From: Phoronis australis
Taxonomy: Eukaryota > Animalia > Phoronida
Assembly: GCA_002633005.1 (NCBI GenBank)
Contig: NMRA01000103.1
Location: forward strand, 527,612-591,611
Reading direction: 5' to 3'
Length of the DNA stretch: 64,000 nt
Below are positions 24,537 through 37,340 of the stretch, piece by piece (within the stretch, counting starts at the first letter, position 1; every line of letters starts with the position of its first letter). Position numbers and translations under genes: made by a program. The notes beneath the pieces were generated by a model, which did no database searches, had not been told where the DNA came from, and was given only the letters and a program-made list of their open reading frames with translations.

Positions 24537-26189
24537 AGGAGCATGCCACACAAAAAACAACCTAATTTGTATCAATTTAGATCGAGTAGTTCTACTCCAT
24601 AACGACACGTACGGTTGCGTTACCTGACACCTGACGGCAGACGGAGGTGTTGAAATTATCCAGTGACGTCATCGGTTTCACAGCAGTTCACAACTCGGGT
24701 TACTAGTGTCAGCTTATCGCTTAAAGACATCGTTTAACACCAATAAATCATCAAACTTCGATGTAAAAGCCTTAAAAATACACCGAGTTCTTATAAAAAC
24801 GTGTTGTTTTATTTCGCTCTTACGGATCTATTGGTATTTTCACACACCGTAGCCTCCAAAGTTCGGCAGGCCAATAATATCCGTAGCAGGAGTTTGGGGT
24901 GTGTTCGGAGATAATTTCGAAGTATTTTCCGTGAGAAACAGACAGGAGAACCTAGATCTGTGTTGTTTAGACTTGTGATTTTTTGAGTTCTAAACACAAA
25001 ACGCTTGTTATTCTGGCCAGTGGCTCGGAGTCCGATCAGGCCCGTCGCGGCCGGCAGGATTGACTTGTTATCCCGGCCAGTGGCTCGGAAAATGATCAGA
25101 CATCACGAACATGAACCAGCCAAAAATCAGTGGAAATTAAACTTCCAGTCAAAAAAGTACTATACGAGCGAGCGAAAGTAATGTGCACGTGATTATGTTG
25201 GCGAATTAGCCACTAAACTGCAAATCTACTTACTCGTCGGGGGCCTCGAATTCAGGTTCTTTTTGACCACAGCACCGCCGGTTAGGGCAGAAGTTGTACA
25301 TTGAAAATCATTATGAAGGTAAATGCAAATAAAGATTCCCCTAACACCTGGCCGTGGGATGGAAATCGAGTTGTTTCACAACAGCTTCTGCCAGCAAACA
25401 CTAAATTAGCATGAGCTCACACGGCCTCGGTGTCCCGTCAATTAATTAGTTTTATTGCAGCTAAAGCGGATTTATTTATTGCTGGCTTCTCAAATCATTT
25501 GCACTCACGAACACTCCAAAGGCATTACAAATTGCATCTAATGATACAGACTTTGTTACAGTTTGGTTAGGGTGAGAATAATTCATTTTGAAACAGAACT
25601 CTCAGTAATAAACGCCAACATGGCATCTCGCAATCCCCGGGCCAACTTGGACGAGCTAGAGCTCATCAGTCCCGACTTTGCAGGTGGATTGTTAAGTTTT
25701 ACAGGCTATCAAATCGAACAGGAATACAGTGGTGAAGAAATACTAGAGTGGCGCCGTGAACAAGCTCAGACACTGAACGGAACTTATGGAGTTATTTGGT
25801 AAGCCGGCATTCGTCAGGCAGTCGACGTCCGTGCAGGCCACAGACACGGAAATGTTCCACGGCCTCACACTTGCTATTTACAGAGTACATTTCATTCTTC
25901 ACTACCATGAGCCACTTCCTAAGCATTTCGGACTCTCGAGGAAGCAAAAAAAACGATATACCCGCTTTCCTCGCAGCTGCTTAGTTCGGACAAGCCGGAA
26001 CGATGCACCGCAACATAGCGGCATTCACTCTGCATATGAACCACTGACGTCGCTAGCGTCGTTTCTCACCTTCCTCACAGGTTAATGCGACACCTCTTGG
26101 CAAGGTAAGGTCTATCGTATGCGAGGCGATGTGGATATAGATCGATTAAGACGGCAAAAAAGGCTAATTAAATCGGGTGGCATTCTCCT
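24537..26189. mobile_element. Non-autonomous Kolobok element, copy 1
   Basis: TTAA TSD and termini AGGAGCATGCCAC / GTGGCATTCTCCT. THAP relic on the minus strand at 26016-25831 (MLRCIVPACPN*...GISFFLLPRESEMLRKWL...RVCGLH). KolX-like start on the plus strand from 25620 (GYQIEQEYSGEE). Confidence 0.88.
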
Positions 26190-27149
26190 TTAAACCCCCC
26201 TTCGGGCCAGGACCCAAAAATTAAAAAAAAACGTCTCCAGCAAAACAAAAACGGCACTGCCAGCGTGTGTAAACCCCAAGTAAACCAACTTGGAAAAAAT
26301 GAGGAGGGGGGCTCACTCTGAAAATATATTTTTTGCATTGTGAATTGCTGTTATACCATTTCGAGTCTTCGTGGCTCATCGGCAAAACCCCGGAGATCAA
26401 TTGTGCGCGCGCTTTCGTCGACACTTCTGAAGTAGCCAAGATTTTAGATGGATCCACCGCTGAAAGAGCAGCTCTATAGCTGATTTCTTTAGGTAACTAG
26501 TTTCTTTACTCTAAGATATGTTTTGATTTGATTAGGGGAAATACTGTGGTGCCGCAACCCTGATATTCAGGCGAATTGACGTGCAACGTTTTTACCTCAT
26601 CTGTCATGGCCTGTCATTCTATTACACCCCACACGTTTGTAACTCGAATTTGACTGGTGTACAGTAAAGTTGGCTTGCGCAATATCATACAGTGTACATG
26701 TACATGTAATACTTTTGAAAAAAAAACTCGTTTTCCGAAGAATTGCTTTTGTGGCGGGCGCCGTGGTCTGCTCACGAGTCTGTTTGAAGATGCACTATAA
26801 CAAGTTATTTCTATACAAGGAATGACCAAGGGGCCACTCACATTGACAAAGTGACCGCATTCGCGAACAGTGAACAGTAGCAGAAACTGCGGGAAGGTTG
26901 TATTTTCACAACAAAGTCTTGCGGGACTCGTGCGATGTTCAAAAGGCCTGCTAAGGAGCCCTAGTGCCGACCTCAACACCTATCGTCTTTCTACCTGCAA
27001 TAAGCACCACTGCCGTTTTCTACAGTGGAAATTTCCGCAGAAAGGCCCACCCGACGAAACGCCCATGCCCAATGGGCATTTATTTGATGTTAGTACTTCG
27101 GGTTTCAAGCGTTCAGATATTCGGACGTTTATTTCGAAAATTGCAAGAG

Positions 27150-27783
27150 ATGCAAATGGGTCCTGGGATACATCGTCAAGGTTTGAAGTAGTCTATGATG
27201 AACGGATTAAATTTAGTTGCGCATGCTGTAAGTCTTTTGAATGGACTTGGTAACCTCAGGAGGCTTAGTGCCAACTGAGCTGCGAAACGAGATGCTGACA
27301 GTAGAGCCGTACAAGCTCATTGACACAACAGTTGACGAAGTGCAAGTGTTGGGAACAAACATCGAAGATATCTGGGTAGAGTGGTTCCCAAGAGGAACAA
27401 ATCATTGGATCTGATGTACAGATTCCTCGGCAGTCTAGACAACAGAAAGATAGAACCAACGTTCCTGGAGAAACACCCAGGTAATAAGTTATATTTCTAC
27501 ATAGTTTGTAATGATGTCGGTTTTTTATGCTTGTGTAAAATTAAAACGAAATAGAAATTATTTTGGACATGCAAAATTTACCCAGTACAGCAGAGGATTT
27601 ACTAGCGCACGGAAACTGATTCTGGTTTGTATTTCCACTTGAGTCTATCTGCATCATATCCAAAATCTATTTCACGTAGTGCGTAGTTAAATCTGTACTC
27701 AACACTTGTTTCCTCCAATGAGTACCACAGAACGGTGCGAAAACCCTTCCTAGACAACCTCTCGCAGCAGTTGACCACCAGAT
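27150..27783 (+). pseudogene. hAT transposase relic with one intron (~27481-27719)
   Basis: Frameshifted LLNGLGNLRRLSA..KRDAD / VEPYKLIDTTVDEVQVL.TNIEDIWVEWF / DVQIPRQSRQQKDRTNVPGETP | EYHRTVRKPFLDNLSQQLTTR. This follows the hAT pattern LS..LQ..D...A...I; PR...RQ..R.N.P..TPEEYYR..PFLD.L..QL..RF. Confidence 0.75.
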
Positions 27784-29343
27784 GTGTAAACTACACGTAT
27801 GAGCAACCACTGGGGATTAAAAAGTGTCTAGAGAGAAGTTTTCAATTCAAAATTTTTTGCAAAGTACGCTTTAGATCTCGCGACGGACCAGGTCAGCTTG
27901 ATTTGTGTAGATATCTAGTTTCAGTGTAGGCCTACTTCTGACACCTCGACGAACTAGTCTTGTGATGTTTCTTACCAAAGTGTGCTTTGTAAAACTATTT
28001 ATCTCAGCCAGTACTGTTTGGTCCCGCGACAGATCGACTATTTTTATAGGGACAATAAGCATAGGTGTACTTTTGGTCTCGTGACGGACCAGGCCAGAGA
28101 TTTTGTGTACTCTCAGTGTACATCTGGTCCCTCTGCGAACTGCTCCCGATATATCTTTTCACCACGGTGTACAGAATGTTTTGGTTTCGTGAAACTGTTT
28201 ACAGAGGATTTTTTTCCTGAAACATTTGACGTTTTTCAATTGTTGTCAGCGTGATTCAGCTTAATAAAGTGATACTTAATTGATTATTGTCGCTTTTAAT
28301 AAAAGACTATAAGCTGAGAGCACCATCGTTCGCCAGTTTTTCTCGCAACGATACAGAACACATGTTTATTTCCGGACTAACAGAACAGGTCTTCATTCTT
28401 AAACAGCTTGAGGCTGTTGCGATCATCTGATATTCAAGTTTTTACGCCCCGTCGGTGCAGCTCCTTATGCTCTTGAATATTTGGTAGTTGTCTAAGCCCC
28501 TGTATATACACCACACTTTTTCGTATGCTAAAGAGGTGTGTGTAAGCAGATGTTCCAACAAAATTTTTGCTGGTGGTGTGACTCATACCCAGATGTGCAC
28601 AAATATGGTTTCACGAAACTTATGAGCCAAGTTCACGTGACCAAATCGAGAAGGGTTTTTAATTATCGTAAGAAAAACTCCAGGGACATGTTAAGTGCCA
28701 GAAAAGTACGAGGATGTATGGAAATTTCACTCTTTGGCTACAAAAACAAAAAGTTGTCTTACACGGGAGGAGGGGGGTAAACCCCCTCCCGACCTCACTT
28801 TACCCGCTCGGCGCCACGCGCCTCGGATTCGACCTTTGCAGGAATCCTAAACCCCCCCTTACTGAAAACGTAGATCCGCCACTGCTTTCTAATATTGTCT
28901 TCCGGGTATTACGGCAAGCAAGACTCAAAGTTATTTTCCATGCCATTAATTTAAACAAAATTATTTCTAATGATGCTTCAGAAACGTATTAAAATTTTTG
29001 TATCACCGAGGCCAATGCCCTGGTAGAAACACCACAGTGAAGAAACGCTATATTTCTTTGACCTCCACAGAAAAACAATGGAGTGCCCAAACGCTCTGAA
29101 AATTTGCTTGCCACTTGGGCAACCACCTAGTGAACTTCTACCTGGTCAGCAACATTTTGATTGCACTGGGGACTAGACGAGCTGTTTAAGTATATCCGTG
29201 GCTGGATGGCAACCCACTCCAATTCATTGGATGTTCCTCTGTTGATTTTACTATTCGACCACCAGGTGAGGCAGGTATTAGTTGCTCGCTGGTTCCCTGT
29301 GTGCCGCTAGGCGGTCAGTAGCCAGCACGCAGATATCACTTAA

Positions 29344-31020
29344 AGGAGCACGCCACCCAATAAACAACCCAATTTGAATCAATTTAGATCGAGTAGTTCT
29401 ACTCCATTACGACACGTACGGTTGCGTTACCTGACACCTGACGGCAGACGGAGGTGTTGAAATTATCCAATGACGACATCAGTTTCACACGCAGTCTGTT
29501 CAGCAGTTCAAAAAGACACGGGTTACTGGTGTCAGCTTATCGCTTGAAGACATCGTTTAACACCAATAAATCATCAAACTTCGATGTAAAACCCTTAAAA
29601 ATATAACGAGTTCTTATAAAAACGTGTTGTTTTATTTCGCTCTTACGGATTTATTGGTATTTGGACACACCGTAGCCTACAAAGTTCGGCAGGCCAATAA
29701 GGTCCGTAGCATGAGTTTGGGGTGTGTTCGGAGATAATTTCGAAGTATTTTCCGTGAGATACAGACAGGAGAACCTAGATCTGTGTTGTTTAGACTTGTG
29801 ATTTTTTTGAGTTCTAAACACAAAACGCTTGTCATCCTGGCCAGTGGCTCGGAGCTCGATCAGGCCCGTCGCGGCGGCCGGGATTGACTCGTTGTCCCGG
29901 CCAGTGGCTCGGAAACTGATCAGACATCACGAACATAAACCAGCTAAAGTTCAGTGGAAACTAAACTTCCAGTCAAGAAAATACTATACTAGTGAGCCAA
30001 AGTAATGTGCACGTGATTATGTTGGTGAATTAACCACGAAACTGCAAATCTACTTACACGTCGGGTGCTCGAATCCAGGTTCCGATTTGGCCACAGCACC
30101 ATCAGGGCAGAAGTTGTACATTGACAGTCATTATTTGAGTAATGTAAATGTAAAAAAAGATTCCTTTAATACCTGGCCGTGGGATGGAAATCGAGTTGTT
30201 TCACAACAGTTTCTGCCAGCAAACGCTAAATTAGCATGAGCTCACACGGCCTCGGTGTCCCGTCTTAGTTTTATTGCACCCCAAAGCCGGTTACGCAGTG
30301 ATTTATTCATTGCTGGCTTCTCAAATCATTTGCTCTCACGAAAATTCCAAAGGCATTACAAATTGCATCTAATGAGACAGACTTTGTTTCAGTTTTATTA
30401 AGTATTGGTTAGGCTGAGAATAATTCATTTTGAAACAGAACGCTCAGTAATAAACGCCAACATGGCAACTCGCAATCTCGACGTAGGACGAGCTAGAGCT
30501 CATCAGTCCTGACTTCGCAGGTGGATTGTTAAGTTTTACAGGCTATCAATTCGAACAGGAATGCAGTGATTAAGAAATACTAGAGAGGCGCCGTGAACAA
30601 GCTCAGACAACGGAACGTACGGTGTTATTTGGTAAGCCGGCATTCGTGAGGCACTGTCGACGTCTGCAGGCCACAGACACGGAGATGTTTCACGGCCTCA
30701 TACTTGCTATTTACAGCGTACATTTCATTCTTCACAACCATGAGCCGCTTCTTAACCATTTCGGACTCTCGAGGAAGTAAAAAACGATATAGTCGCTTTC
30801 CTTGCAGCTGCTTAGTTCGGACAAGCGGGAACGATGCACCGCAACATAGCGGCAATCACTCTGCAGTATGAACCCCTGACGTCGCTAGCGTCGTTTCGCA
30901 CCTTCCTCACAGGTTAACGCGACACTTCTTGGCAAGGTAAGGTCGACCGTATGCCAGGCGATGTGGATATAGACCGATTAAGACGGCAAAAAGACTAATT
31001 AAATCGGTTGGCATTCTCCT
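29344..31020. mobile_element. Non-autonomous Kolobok element, copy 2
   Basis: TTAA TSD and termini AGGAGCACGCCAC / TTGGCATTCTCCT. Colinear with copy 1, including the THAP (-) and GYQFEQEC (+) relics. Confidence 0.88.
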
Positions 31021-31706
31021 TTAAGTTTACTCTGAAAATTTTTTTACACCGGCGTTTCTGATTGGCTAGTAGAATTCTCAACAGGCAGCGCTTTACGCAA
31101 ACAAACTGTCATAACTGATGGACTGAAGTGTAAATGAGGTCGGTTGTACAGACAAATCGGTGCTTAAAATTTATGTTCAGGAAATGTGAATCCTAGAAAT
31201 TGTGGTTGCGCCTTTTCAGAATGCATCTTTCTGTCGATGACTTTTTTTACGATACTGTCCTGTATATATACAGTATGAATAACACACCGGCCAGATATGT
31301 GTTTATTGTACTGGTACATCTATGTGTTTCAAGCGCGCTGCTATTAAACATCACTGCAGAAACGAAATAGTTGCTGCGACGCTACTTGCATGACAAAGCT
31401 AAAAATTGTTCACGGTCCGCCATTTTTTACGGTGTTGTAAAGCTAACCAATGACTGCCGAGGTTACATCAACCAATGCTAAAGCGCGTGCCACTGCGTGA
31501 GCTATTAGTTGCTGATAGCGCGGCCAGTGTGTTAAATGGTTGTCATCTAAAAACCGATAGCTGCTCTATCTCGTAAAATAAAAACGATCAGGGACAGTAA
31601 CACTCATAGTACGGGAGCCAAATGCTGTTTTTTACTTAACAAATGCTGTTTTTTACTTAACCTAGATTTGCCGGAGAAAGTTTTTTCGTTACTGTTTCAT
31701 GTAGCC

Positions 31707-33110
31707 TAGTCATAGTTAATCATGATTTAAGGGGTCACCGTTTGCAACCCTTGAGCATTTTTAAAAGAAGCAAATTAAGACCGCCATTATGCAAAATTCT
31801 ATTTTTGCTTATAATTTCCTTACCAAGCATTGCAGCCAGGTTATTCTGATGCTCTCACCCATGTTTCCATGGTCAACGAATTTAACAGTGAATTCAAATT
31901 TTTTGGGTGGATACATCATCAGTATGCAAATTAAGGCCGCCAGTACTCAAAATTTTACTTGTTCTAATAGCTACGGTACCAAGCGCCACAGGTGAACTAT
32001 CATGATATGTGCATCGTTGTTCTATGGCCAATTAGTTTAATGAAATCAGTTTCCATTTGGTGCATGATAATGTTGCATAATGAATGCAAATTAAGGCCAC
32101 CATTATTCAAAATCATATTTTGCTAATGACGCCCTTATCAAGCACCGCAGACAGGTTACTTTAATGTTTTCAACTATGCTTCCATGGTCAGTGAATTTAA
32201 GGAGCTCATTTGCTGATGGATATACAACGTGAATTTGAATTTTATATGCAAACTGAGGCTGCCATCATTCATGAATTATACACATAAAGAGCAGGTATTC
32301 AAAATACTGTTTCTGTTCGTAATTTCCTTACGGGCATCACATGTAAATTATTTTCGTATATTATCTCATGTTTTCATGACCATCATGAATTTGCAGTATT
32401 GATAATTTACACAAACTACAGCTGCCATATTCAAAATTCAACTTGTTCTTATAACTGGTGCGTCAAACACCAGAGGTTAGTGAACCCATGTTTCTGTGGT
32501 CAATGAAATCTGCAGGTTATAGCATGATAAATTTGCAGAACCTCTTTTTTGAAGATGAAGTAAGAAAATACTTCATACACTGAGTGCTCAGCACTTTAAG
32601 ACCTTAAATTCGATAAAGATGCTGTCTATTGTCCTGCGTTCTCGCAGACCATAGAAAAAACGCAGATTAGTTAAATGACTTGGGGGAATGCTGAAATGGG
32701 GCTACCAGAATCGATCTATTGGATACCAACGCCCATCCCAAAGACGCAGTGGTGAAAATTATCAGTGACAGGATTGCTACTCCCAACAGTTAACGTAGCC
32801 TACATGAAACAATAAGCATGGGGCAGGCAATGTTGTCAGACTTCAAGAAAGGCTAGCAGTGAGTAAAGAACGCAAGTAGGTAATCACTGATCAAGATCCC
32901 CGTCCCTCTTATATAGTACAAGGACATTGGCAGTAGGTATTATCTGGAGACATTACGCCCGTCTCGTCCTCGAGTCGGCACATCTAGAACTGCCAAGCAG
33001 CATTTCGAGTAGATGACGACATTTCGTTACTCCACTCAAAAATGGTTCGACGAAGGGTTAGTTTACGAGAGAAAGAAACATAAGAAATTATCTAAAAGTA
33101 AAAACTGTCG
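31707..33110 (+). mobile_element. Academ-like DNA transposon relic: TAG start, ~160-bp subrepeat array and transposase-like fragment
   Basis: Five diverged units beginning (TGC)AAATTAAGGCCGCCA at ~31770, 31925, 32085, 32247 and 32410. A decayed peptide follows at 32708-33060: IDLLDTNAHPKDAVVKIISDRIATP..ISMGQAMLSDFKKG..LLYSTRTLAV..FDEG. Confidence 0.5.
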
Positions 33111-33269
33111 CTTGTCATTGGTTTTGCTGTCCGATATTAGCAGATAATATCGTGCTTCTTCGTCTAAAAATGCCACATTTGGTTTCATGCAGATAATCTG
33201 ACCGGATATCGATAAAATAGTTGCGCTACTGGTAGCTGTGTTATAGTGGCATAGAACGTGAAAATATGC

Positions 33270-33500
33270 TAAATTGCATTATTCAAAGTGGTTCTCTGCC
33301 AATGAAACAGAAGTTGAACAGTTCGTTAGGTAGTTTTACAGTTTTTGTAAAGATTTTGAATTTCTGTTGATGCCAAACCATTTTCTTTTAGTTTGAAATT
33401 TTAAAAAATGGTCTGTCAACTGCTCGTTACTTCGTCGACTTTTCTCCCACAAAGCAAAGCAGATTTCCCTATTTGGTATACATAGACGTAGCACATTTTC
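33270..33500 (+). repeat. Interspersed repeat, second copy at ~52560-52800
   Basis: Shared AAAGTGGTTCTCTGCCA...GTAAAGA(T/C)TTT.ATTTCTGTTGAT...CATTTTCTTTTAGTTT...CAACTGCTCG. Confidence 0.7.
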
Positions 33501-33599
33501 CTTATTGTTTACTGGGTAATTCTTTGAGCACAAGCGCATGTATGTAAGGATGGAGAATTTGAAAACTGTATTGGAATGAAAGAGTTTATACTCAATTTT

Positions 33600-34133
33600 T
33601 TTGAGAAACACTGCCGAAATATAAAGTCTTTCACTTCAGTAATCAGCTTCATCGGGAAGGTACATAATGAGTATACTCAAAAATTTGTCATTTTTTCCTC
33701 CCAAAAATTAGAGAGTTTTACCTTGCAGAAATTTTAGTCGACTACCATGTTAATCTTTCGACTTCATCAGTGACCACTATGTGGGGCTGTACACAGGGCT
33801 GATCTTGATTCCTCCTTGTCTCTCTTCATTTTGTTTTTCTCTGACTTTATCCTGATGGCTTCTTTAATCTTACGTCTCCAATCCATTGACTCTCTGTCCT
33901 ATAGTGAAACAACATGAACAGAGATGAAGTAGGCATCAAGATCAGCCCTGTGTACAAGTCTGTTTACAGCCCCACCTAGTGGTCACTGATGGCAGCCGAC
34001 TAAAATTTCTGCGAGGTAAAACTCTTTAATTTTTGGGATGAAAAATGAAATATTTTTGAGTATACTCATTATGTACCTTCCTGATGAAGCTGTTCACATA
34101 AGTGAAAGACTTTCTACTTCAGCTGCGTTTCAA
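33600..34133. mobile_element. Penelope-like element end arranged as a foldback (two inverted pseudo-LTRs)
   Basis: Inverted arms of ~230 bp (33600-33829 and 33911-34133). The loop and arms encode a GIY-YIG C-terminus: DRESMDWRRKIKEAIRIK..KMKRD (-) and NMNRDEVGIKISPVY (+). CTGATGA hammerhead-core motifs are present in both arms. Confidence 0.8.
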
Positions 34134-37100
34134 ACATAGTGAATGTGACGATATTTTTGTAGAAATTCTTTAAAGTGAATAACTCTCACGCAGGGGACAA
34201 ACTTTTGGGATATCAAACTAATTTGTGTTTTTTCTTGGCATCAAAAGTTGTTTGCTATTCTACCATTATGTGGCTGTCATATTTTAAAAATCGTAGCGTT
34301 TTTACTACTATTTTTACTTATTTCTGGCGTTTAATGCGACCAACAGAGATTAACCGTGCCTCGGTAAAAATGCCTGAGATAATGTTTTTATCAGAACTTG
34401 TCAAATTAATGTCATGTGACCAACATATGGCGTGTACGAAGACTACTCGTGCGATAATAACACAATTATAAACATGTATATGTACTCCCAAGTTTGGCTT
34501 AGACGCTGGTGGTCCCGACAGCTCAATGGACTTGCGCGTCACGGTTAGCACGTTAGGCAGAAAGTCCCGCCGTCAAACCCATACATCTCAACACCCTCAG
34601 GGGGTTCCCATCTTCTGTAAACATCCATACTATAAGAAAAAAATCCGTATGGTCTCAAAACTGGGTAGAGCTCAGTCGCTGCCTTGCGGCTAGCAAAATC
34701 TGCAAAGGCGACCCACTCGCCTTTCCGACGGTATTAAATTACCCAGGGAATAAAACTGAGTTGAGCTGTCTCAAACATGCAATATGAACTCAAGGTTTAA
34801 ATTTATTCTTTTCATATTGCATGACCCTTTCCTAATTCATTACTAACCTTACCAATTTTCTGCGCATAATTTGTAATATCAAATATGATTTGACACTTGA
34901 CACTGACAGGTTTTCTTTTCAAGGAGTAAAAGTCGCGGACGACGCCGAGGAGAACAGTTTGTGATCTATTTTTAAATCAAAATATGTCACATGTGATACC
35001 TAGTCAGCTCGCTAAATGTCTTAAGTGTAAAAAGTTATTGAGAGACTGGAACGCGTTTGCGAAAATATTAGCCAAAATCACGTGTTCTCATTTAAAATAC
35101 ACGCCAATATCTCACGTAATCTCGCGAAGTCTTGCTTTTAGAGGTCCTAGCGTTTTTTAACTCTACCCTGTATTGCAACGCGACGGTTGGCGGGATTCTC
35201 GCGATGCGGTGTTTGCATGGAACGAAGTCTCGCTACCACAAGATAATGCGCGATTTCTTAAAGGCTGTTTACCTGCTGCTTGTGTTTTCTGTGGTGTACA
35301 GTACGATATTTATTTTTTAAAGAATTTTTTAACATTATTTGTGTGCCCGTATACTATGTTTATTGAATTAAATCCGCATAAAATACGGGCAATCCGTATA
35401 AGGTTGACATGTATGCAAACCTTGATCGGGACAGAAATCTTTTCGACTTACTAAATATAGTCACGTGATGTGACGAACATGGCGTGCATGAACGCTAACA
35501 ATTCTTACGTAAGCGATATCACTAACGCGCTGAGTTTTAACAACACAATTACATCAACCATGACACAATGTGCATGAACTCAACGTTTTGTGATGTTTCA
35601 CTAAATTCCTCTGCCAGTTACTTGAAAATGTGGAAGATAAAGCGCGGGACCTCATTTCCCTGAAAAGTACACATGTGAGCGAGGTGAAAAACGTCAAATA
35701 AATTTACCAGCTCAAAGTACTCGCTAAACCCATTTTAAAGCTCCTACAGCTCAGAACCCACTGGCTATTGAGTTGAAACTTTGATGGTTATTATGATGGC
35801 GAGGAAGAGGACGACGACCAAGCTTCATTAAACAATGTTGCGCCCTTGTGATGCCAATGTTTTTTATGTGTCGACATATACATGTGTAGGTGCATATTGC
35901 TGTCATCCCTATCTGACCAATAGCGTCCTGCGTTCGCTGACGTAACCCATAAACCCCTTGCATGATCTTTATGAAACTTTGCATATGCATTCCTGAAGAG
36001 CTGACAACAGCTGATTTCAACTTTGGACTAATCCGACTACCTCTGTACCCCCTAGTTGCAGCTGACATATTTTTATACGCTTTGTCTTCGTGTCTTCCAT
36101 GTTCCTCGATGAAAATGTCTGAAATTCGGCAACTATGATTCTGCCCAGGTGAGAGCACCACTGTGTCAATTTCGAATGCATAGCCCGGTTTGTTTTTGAC
36201 TTCCAGCCCCCTTTTCAACAAATTGCTATGCATTCCTATTGAGAATAGAATACATGACGCTGATTTTCGGACGGGTCGGAATACAGTAGTACGCCTGTTT
36301 GCGTCTGTCTCAATGGAATTTTATAAATTTTGCTTTATATGTGAGTACTATTGAAGTTTATTTCCAGACGATTCCAAAAACTGGCGTTTTCTTTCAGTAT
36401 ACCTCAATTTCTATCAAGTTTCGCGTTAGATCATTATGGAATTTTGCTTATAAGTTTCTACGAAACTATGTCGCCTATCCAATTTCAGATGGACTGAGCC
36501 ACTTTTTCATCCCCTAATGGCCGTTTTTAGATAATTAACGTTTCTGTTTTGGCGTCTGTCTTGCTACCTGCAACCCGCTTAAGGAGTCACTATGAAAGCT
36601 GGCGGCTGTGCTCCTATTAAGGAGAGCTTGGCCAACATTGATTTTTGGATTGTTCAGCTACAGCACCCCCTATTGTCAATATTTTACTATTTTCATCTGC
36701 TTCAATGTCAATCAAGTTCTTTGATGGGTTTTCACAACAATGACGAATGTGCGGCTGTTGTTGAGTTTGGACGGATGTGACTACTGTGGTGCCGCCTAGT
36801 GACAAGTTGCCATTGCTTCTACCTCAATGACTACCAATTGCTTTATTAAATTTGTATATGTCTTCCTTCTGAGCAGAGCCTTCACAACTGGTGTTGATTT
36901 TGGGATAGATCCAACTTCCGTGGAAATATTAGAAACTACAGCACCCTCGTTTCATTGCCGTTTGCAATGCACACTACACGGTGGGCGAATATTAACACTG
37001 TCTTGCTTTCGTTTCATTTAGTTCGCGCTAGTTTTCTATCTATGGACAGTTGACTTAGTCGTCTCTGATGGCAAGCCAAGGAAGGCTCTTGAGTCCGGGA

Positions 37101-37149
37101 ACACCACGTCGTCCGCCATTTGGCTGATAACAGACCGAGCACCTGACTG

Positions 37150-37340
37150 CAATACTAGTGCAAAGCCGTGGAAATACATAATAGTGAACCATGGGCGAAT
37201 ATTTGGATTTGATTCGTAAGTAAAAGAATCCCACAGGAATTCCTGAGTTTCCAACACAACACGGTCACAGTTGAACTATGCTGCAATGTTGACTACATAT
37301 TTGGTTCAGTTCTGCGTCCTCATGATTTTGGAACCTGTAT
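37150..37340 (-). pseudogene. Possible SWIM zinc-finger relic (MULE-type transposase)
   Basis: Frameshifted KYVVNIAA*FNCD(R)VL.WKL/SGIP resembles Y.V.L....C.C..W..SGIPC.H. Confidence 0.35.

Larger units (their letters stand above)
24501..28884 (+). mobile_element. hAT element with 5-bp TSD, containing a transposase relic and a nested Kolobok
   Basis: Perfect 16-bp TIR CAGTGGCGGATCTACG / CGTAGATCCGCCACTG, with CTTTC duplicated on both flanks. Confidence 0.9.

Noticed and set aside
24537-31020. Composite (KolobokP-like) element with two long terminal direct repeats
   Set aside because: Copy 1 is nested inside a hAT element that ends at 28884, while copy 2 lies outside it. Each copy has its own TTAA pair, and the interval holds a hAT relic rather than Kolobok genes.
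35751-36233. 160-aa minus-strand ORF
   Set aside because: No recognisable domain, and it overlaps repeat-like motifs (AAAGTTTCATAAAGATC), so it is probably a chance ORF.
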